Source of the DNA: a virus
Lineage: Duplodnaviria > Caudoviricetes
DNA: 40,110 bases
Virus record (IMG/VR): IMGVR_UViG_3300016636_000068
Coordinates: 1-40,110 of that record
Reading direction: 5' to 3' (one strand)
Shown piece by piece: positions 34,863 to 40,110 of this stretch. The notes beneath the pieces are model-generated. The model was not told the DNA's origin. It made no database searches and saw only the letters and a list, made by a program, of their open reading frames with translations. The first letter of the stretch is position 1, and every line of letters begins with the position of its first letter. The position numbers were made by a program, and so were the translations under genes.

Positions 34863-37085
34863 TTATACGCTCCGTATTGTCACTACAAGTAAACCTCCAA
34901 AGCCAGAGAATTTCTTATCTTGTGGGGTTTTATTGATGAAGTCCATCTCTTCTATCAGGCCGATGTAGGACTCACCTGTTCTGAAGTCTTCTACACGGAT
35001 GGTATCGCCTGCATTTTCTACTGCTTCAAGTTGTTGCATACGGTCCCAAGCAGAACCTTCGTAACCTACTTCCACACCGAACTTATCGCTCTCGTGGTCA
35101 AAGCAGAATAATGGATACTGAATCAGCCTCTGACGAGGTACTGCTGGCAGTGATTTGAGTTGGTAGCCAGTAAACAATGGACCAGCAGTAGCGCTGGTAG
35201 TTGAACGAGTCAAGACAAACTTGAACCCAAGATACTCTTGCGCTCCGACTGGGTATGGAATACCAATTTCTTGAACAGTTCCCTGTATAGCAATAGAGCC
35301 AATAAGATATTCAGTCTCATCGTAGGCAATAGAATAGATGTTTAGACCACCATTGGTTGTATCAATGCGTGGATTGAGTAACTTGAATAACTTACCTTCA
35401 AGGGTATTGTAACGGACAAATCCTGTTCGTAGTTCACCTTGAAATACAAGTCTTTCATTAGACTCTACGTAGACATAGCCATTAGAGCCGTCGTAATTGG
35501 TTGTAAAGGCAATACGGTCTGTTCCATTGATGAAGGCACAGGCGGTTGTCTTACGGCCTGTAACGCGGCTTCCAGCGCTTTCTGGGTAGTAGTAGGTATC
35601 CCAAGCATAAGGAAATACCAGAGGCGCTATCTGTGTACCAAGGTCAATGCGGGTAGTTCCAGGAGCGCCATCTACGTTAGTAGCGCACCAGACATACTTA
35701 TCACGGGCAGCGAAGTCATAGACTGGTTGCTCTGATTCAAACAGTAGCGGTCCATAGGCTAGAGATCCATCATCAGATACTGCTGCTACTCGTACACCTT
35801 TAGATGTACCAATGAGCATATAGCCAAGGTAATAGAAGATACGAAATACTTGCTCACCTACTGGTAGTTCAGCAGCAGTAATAGCGCTGGTGAGGGTAGG
35901 CATCGTTCCGTTAGAAGCCAAAGTGAACTTCTGGATATTGGATTGTCCACCAGAGAAACCTGTTACATAGATAGCAGCACCAGATGAAGTAATGCTGGTA
36001 TAGACGAAGTTGGCTACAGGGTTGGTATAAACAGCAGTAGGCAGAGCTGATGCTGTTGTAGAGATTTCATAAACTTTGTCATTGATACAGGCGACGATAC
36101 GTTCTTTAGTGAACTCAAGGACAGCGTTAGTCACTACTACAGATGATGTCTTCCACATCAAGGTAGGCGATACAGTCTGATCGTCATTGAGTAACTTCTT
36201 ATACATCGCAGTCTTGTCAACACCAGCATCGTCAATAAGAGCCAGCCAATAGGCATAGACTCCATCATCACAGAGTCCATAGACTCGATAAGCGCCAGTG
36301 GCTGTGTAATCTTGGAAGTGGGTATCGTTACTGTAAGCAGTACCAACTGGGCTAACAGGCGTTGAGGCTACGTTAGATGCAGTCTTGGCATAGGAAAATG
36401 TGGTGCTAGTAACTGCAGTAATTGTGTAGTCACCATTGAAGGTGGCATCTACACCAGAGATGCTTACTGTCATACCCACAGCAAAGCCGTGAGCAGCAGT
36501 AGTAGTCAGTGTGGCTACGTTAGAAGTGAGCGCCTTGTTATTGACTGAGGCAGTAATCGTTGGGTAAATCTTATTGATGTCATAACCATCAAGCAGTAAG
36601 CAGCCATCATAGGTATTGCCACTCTTGGTCCACTTGATAGAACGCAGGTGTTGTCCTGGTCTGCCATCGCTATACATAGCGGTAGTTGTGTTATGTCCTT
36701 GGTCTACATCTAGGATCAAAGTTGCCTGACCTTTGGTCCAGACATCTACACCTTTGGATTCGGTGTACTGGAATCGCAGTGATTCATCCTGAGCAGGCTC
36801 AAAGTATTTGATGCCTTGACCTAGATGAAATGATGACTGCGATCTGAACCACCAACCAGTCAGAGACTGTTCACCAGCCTCACGGGTCTGGTCATACTGT
36901 TGCTTACGGTACTGAGCCGTGACACGACGATAGGGTGAATCATCACTGGCAGCCACAAAGAATGGCAAGCCGTTGATGGCTATATCGTAGGAAACTCCTG
37001 TGGCTTGATAGTTAGTTGAGCCAGCAGGATTAGACAGTACAAAGGGTATTGGATCAGTTATGTCTGAGCCATAAGGTGGAACCAC
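34863..37085 (-). CDS. Tail nozzle / stabilisation-like protein
   Basis: 740 aa beta-rich; last large gene of the structural block. Confidence 0.6.
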   Translation of the reverse strand: MVPPYGSDITDPIPFVLSNPAGSTNYQATGVSYDIAINGLPFFVAASDDSPYRRVTAQYRKQQYDQTREAGEQSLTGWWFRSQSSFHLGQGIKYFEPAQDESLRFQYTESKGVDVWTKGQATLILDVDQGHNTTTAMYSDGRPGQHLRSIKWTKSGNTYDGCLLLDGYDINKIYPTITASVNNKALTSNVATLTTTAAHGFAVGMTVSISGVDATFNGDYTITAVTSTTFSYAKTASNVASTPVSPVGTAYSNDTHFQDYTATGAYRVYGLCDDGVYAYWLALIDDAGVDKTAMYKKLLNDDQTVSPTLMWKTSSVVVTNAVLEFTKERIVACINDKVYEISTTASALPTAVYTNPVANFVYTSITSSGAAIYVTGFSGGQSNIQKFTLASNGTMPTLTSAITAAELPVGEQVFRIFYYLGYMLIGTSKGVRVAAVSDDGSLAYGPLLFESEQPVYDFAARDKYVWCATNVDGAPGTTRIDLGTQIAPLVFPYAWDTYYYPESAGSRVTGRKTTACAFINGTDRIAFTTNYDGSNGYVYVESNERLVFQGELRTGFVRYNTLEGKLFKLLNPRIDTTNGGLNIYSIAYDETEYLIGSIAIQGTVQEIGIPYPVGAQEYLGFKFVLTRSTTSATAGPLFTGYQLKSLPAVPRQRLIQYPLFCFDHESDKFGVEVGYEGSAWDRMQQLEAVENAGDTIRVEDFRTGESYIGLIEEMDFINKTPQDKKFSGFGGLLVVTIRSV

Positions 37086-37095
37086 CTAGAACTCC

Positions 37096-37320
37096 TTACT
37101 TAGAAAGGGCTGCGATTTCTTCTGCGGTCAATCCGAGTGCCGCTAGTTTTGCTTCGGCTGCAGCCTTTGCTGCTGCCTTTGCTGCTGCTTCTGCTTCTTC
37201 TACTGCTTTGCGTTCAGCGGCTGCTTGAGCATCTGCTTCTTGCTGAGCGATTTCTTCAGCGGTAAGTTCTACCTCTGTAGTAACGCCAGTGCTGCAATCA
37301 ACGACGAGTTTGGTTGGCAT
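37096..37320 (-). CDS. Small tail-associated protein
   Basis: [25 protein letters not shown], typical after fibre genes. Confidence 0.65.
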   Translation of the reverse strand: MPTKLVVDCSTGVTTEVELTAEEIAQQEADAQAAAERKAVEEAEAAAKAAAKAAAEAKLAALGLTAEEIAALSK

Positions 37321-37996
37321 TGTTTTCCTTTCTTGAGATTAGGTGCGGTGCGTAGGTATTTATTATTTCTAAAGCATATTCAATTTTGTCATCAATGCGT
37401 TGACCTGATGGTTGAGATGTGTTCCATAGTTCAAGATTTTCAGGACGGTTGTCTTTCCTATTGCCGTTCTTGTGGTGAACATTCTCGTCTCCACGAAGCG
37501 GTCTACCTATCATTTTTGACATCACATAACGATGCTCTAGAACATAACCTCTAGCGTCAGCATTCTCGTGCTTAGGATCCCAAATAAGGGAGTAGGTCTG
37601 GCGCTTACCTTTATCTGCTACTTTGCGGCGAAATGGGTCGCCATAAAGTTTTACTCTGCGATAGTGCATTTGGCACATACCTTTAGCCTGTAAAGGTTTT
37701 GTGCATTGACGATTATCATTGCTAATAATCGTACATTTGCGCGAATCTAGTTTCTTTTTTCTAGGCTCAGGAACATTAGTTGAACCACTTCTTCTTATTC
37801 TTTGGCAGTGCATAGCACACATACCCTTAGACTTTTTTGGCTTATCACAACCTTCTATAGTGCAGTGAGTTACAAGCCTAGCCATCCACCTAGGACTTAC
37901 TCCTAATGGATCGCCGAACTTACGCCAAGCCCTATAATGATTAGAACACAGACCGCGAGCATTTACTTTATTGGAACAGTTTTCTACAGAGCACAT
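37298..37996 (-). mobile_element. HNH endonuclease with three Cys/His N-terminal repeats
   Basis: [25 protein letters not shown]. Confidence 0.88.
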
Positions 37997-38010
37997 AGTC
38001 TCAGTATATA

Positions 38011-38520
38011 TCAACTTGATCGGATTCCGTAAAGGGTTGCGGTTGAGTATTGTGAGAATGTAGAACCACTTGCATCAGGGGTAAGTGTAATACTACTAAT
38101 TGCAGCGTTATTAGACCATAGAGCAGCGTTCAAGTATGAAAACACAGTTGTTGTATTAGATTCCGCAACAGCATCGGAACTTGACGATTTATTATTACTT
38201 CCTGCGTAATTAGGAATATAAATTTCGCTATTGCCAAAAGTGCTAGTTGTTGCGGTGCTGCCTGTTCCCAATATCGGGTGTCTTGTTAGTGTTTGACTTC
38301 CCGCAGCAGAACCATTGCCGTATAAACCTCTCAAAGAAATGCTGCTCGTAGAACCATTGAAGGTTACATTTATTTCGGAAGTCACAGATGCTTGGTCAGT
38401 TCTCGCAGATACTTTCAAGAGTAAGTCTGTGTAAGTAGCAGGGATTGAAGAAAACGATATTGTCGCCGCCCCACCGCTACCCACAGTCACAGTTGCAATT
38501 GCTTCATAAGTAGTTGCCAT
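38011..38520 (-). CDS. Tail-associated paralog C
   Basis: [29 protein letters not shown]. Confidence 0.75.
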   Translation of the reverse strand: MATTYEAIATVTVGSGGAATISFSSIPATYTDLLLKVSARTDQASVTSEINVTFNGSTSSISLRGLYGNGSAAGSQTLTRHPILGTGSTATTSTFGNSEIYIPNYAGSNNKSSSSDAVAESNTTTVFSYLNAALWSNNAAISSITLTPDASGSTFSQYSTATLYGIRSS

Positions 38521-38529
38521 AGTATCTCC

Positions 38530-39099
38530 TTATGCCTTCTCGGTGGACAAAAGTTCAGGAGCATATTGCTCAAGGATCTCTATTGCGTATTTCACTTTAT
38601 CCTCTACTCTCTGTCCAGAGGGTTGAGCCTTGGACCATAACTCTAGATTTTCAATTCGGTTATCAGCGCGGTTTCCATTGATATGATGTACCGTTTCTGT
38701 TTTTAGCAATTCCCTACCAAGAAAATCAGACATTATTTTCCTATGCTCTAATACTCTTCCATTGAGAGTAGAATTTGGATGTTCTGGCGCATATATTTCT
38801 ATGTAACCATTTTGATTTATAGTTGGCTTGTCTTCTCTTGGGCGACCTACAACGATACTTGCATCACCGTATAAAGCATTCCTTCGATAATGCATTTGAC
38901 ATAGCCCTTGAGCACGATGTGGCTTTGTGCAATTTTCAAAAGTGCAATGCTCAAATTTGCTAAAGTTTCCAGATCCTGGACCGCCTAGTGGATCGCCATA
39001 CTTTCTAAATCTTGTATAGTGAGTAGCGCAATAGCCTTTGCCACGACGGTCTTTATTGCAGTCATCAACTGCACAAGGGTATGAATTTACATATGGCAT
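38530..39099 (-). mobile_element. HNH endonuclease with two Cys/His N-terminal repeats
   Basis: EHRKIM..VHHINGNRADNRIENLELW. Confidence 0.88.
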
Positions 39100-39112
39100 A
39101 TTTTAGTATGTC

Positions 39113-39607
39113 CTAAGTTGCACTTTGTATGCCGTAGAGGGTGAAGGTTGAGCCTGAAGCAAAGTTCTGACCACCAAGTATATTAAATCTAAGTTCATTA
39201 ATTGCACTTGTGCTGCGCCATAAACTTACTGTGGCTGCAACTCTATTTCCTGCAACTGATGAACGACCAAGAACTGTTTTATAAGTTGTTGTATTTGAAT
39301 AGTTTTGAATATTAAATATATTATTTCCAAAACCAGTTCCAAGAAAACCAGGATTCATTCCACCAGTAGTAATGTTTGAATCCCTGTCAGATACAGCAGC
39401 AGCACCTGTTCCCCAAATATATGTTGTGCTATAATTAGTACCAGTATCGCCATTTAAGCGCATTTGAACTTGACCAAATGATGATGCAGTTGTTCCATCA
39501 ATAACTACAACCAGGTCAGTATAACTGCCACTAATGCTAGAAAAAGTAACAGATGCAGTTGCAGTTGAAAGCGTTGTCGTTGCAATCGGTTCGTATGTTG
39601 TTGGCAT
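39113..39607 (-). CDS. Tail-associated paralog B
   Basis: YEPIATTTL..FSSISGSYTDL..TLYGI. Confidence 0.75.
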   Translation of the reverse strand: MPTTYEPIATTTLSTATASVTFSSISGSYTDLVVVIDGTTASSFGQVQMRLNGDTGTNYSTTYIWGTGAAAVSDRDSNITTGGMNPGFLGTGFGNNIFNIQNYSNTTTYKTVLGRSSVAGNRVAATVSLWRSTSAINELRFNILGGQNFASGSTFTLYGIQSAT

Positions 39608-40110
39608 TATGCGCTCTTTATTCCGTAGAGGGCGAAGTGGGAGTATTGGGCGAAATTGCCACTTGTTGTAAATTGTATGCTTGTAATTGCACTAGTGCTA
39701 CGCCATAAACCGCTTGCAAATAACACAATTCCATTTGTATTATCTTCGCGACCTGTTATAGAACGTGTTGTTTTGTTTTTATTAGTATTTGCATAATCTA
39801 AAATATCAATAACTCCAGCGGCAAATGTGCTTGCTAAACGAGAACTATTTGCAACAGAAGCAAAAGCAATACTAGGACTATTGATGTTGGCATCTGCCAC
39901 AGCAGAACTTCCATCACCATAAAGAACGTGCCTTACATAATTGTTTGCTGTATCAGAATTGAATTGATAAAAAATATTATTACCACTTGCATCTGTATTT
40001 CTCGCAATATAACGCACTTGCAAATGGGTATATGTTCCAGAAATAGAAGTAAAATCAATAGTTGATGCACCACCACTCCCAACAGTTACAGTAGCAATAG
40101 ACTGAAAATC
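39607..40110 (-). CDS. Tail-associated paralog A, 3' part (starts at position 79)
   Basis: [30 protein letters not shown]. Confidence 0.8.
   Translation of the reverse strand, partial: DFQSIATVTVGSGGASTIDFTSISGTYTHLQVRYIARNTDASGNNIFYQFNSDTANNYVRHVLYGDGSSAVADANINSPSIAFASVANSSRLASTFAAGVIDILDYANTNKNKTTRSITGREDNTNGIVLFASGLWRSTSAITSIQFTTSGNFAQYSHFALYGIKSA
40089..40110. repeat. Terminal direct repeat, copy 2
   Basis: Identical to 1-22. Confidence 0.95.

Noticed and set aside
38011-40110. Diversity-generating retroelement acting on tail paralogs
   Set aside because: No reverse transcriptase and no near-identical template/variable repeat pair differing only at adenines

Overview
This window is an apparently complete, circularly permuted genome (about 40,088 bp) of a tailed dsDNA phage. 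Bases 1-22 equal bases 40089-40110, and a tail gene reads in frame across the join. The layout is podovirus-like: terminase, portal, large internal/ejection proteins, scaffold, major capsid, adaptor and nozzle, with no tape-measure gene. WhiB, a sigma-like factor, a split primase, a DnaB-like helicase, a Cas4-like nuclease and a Thr-1 proteasome-like protease point to an actinobacterial host, probably freshwater acI-type (inference). No integrase or DNA polymerase was recognised. The best leads lie outside the ORF track. (1) A stand-alone sRNA gene at about 26306-26419 has a strong promoter, a terminator and a hairpin loop complementary to the GAAAGGATAA RBS of two early genes. (2) About 25 translationally coupled micro-ORFs are joined by a repeated RBS/start/stop junction. 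(3) An HNH gene duplicated and synonymously recoded the 3' end of the protease gene. (4) Two paralogous HNHs interleave three paralogous tail genes. (5) The terminase probably starts at ATT. (6) GACAC (WhiA/B-type) and CRP-type promoter motifs are present. (7) Palindrome avoidance appears to be two-tiered. All motif counts were made by eye and need computational confirmation.
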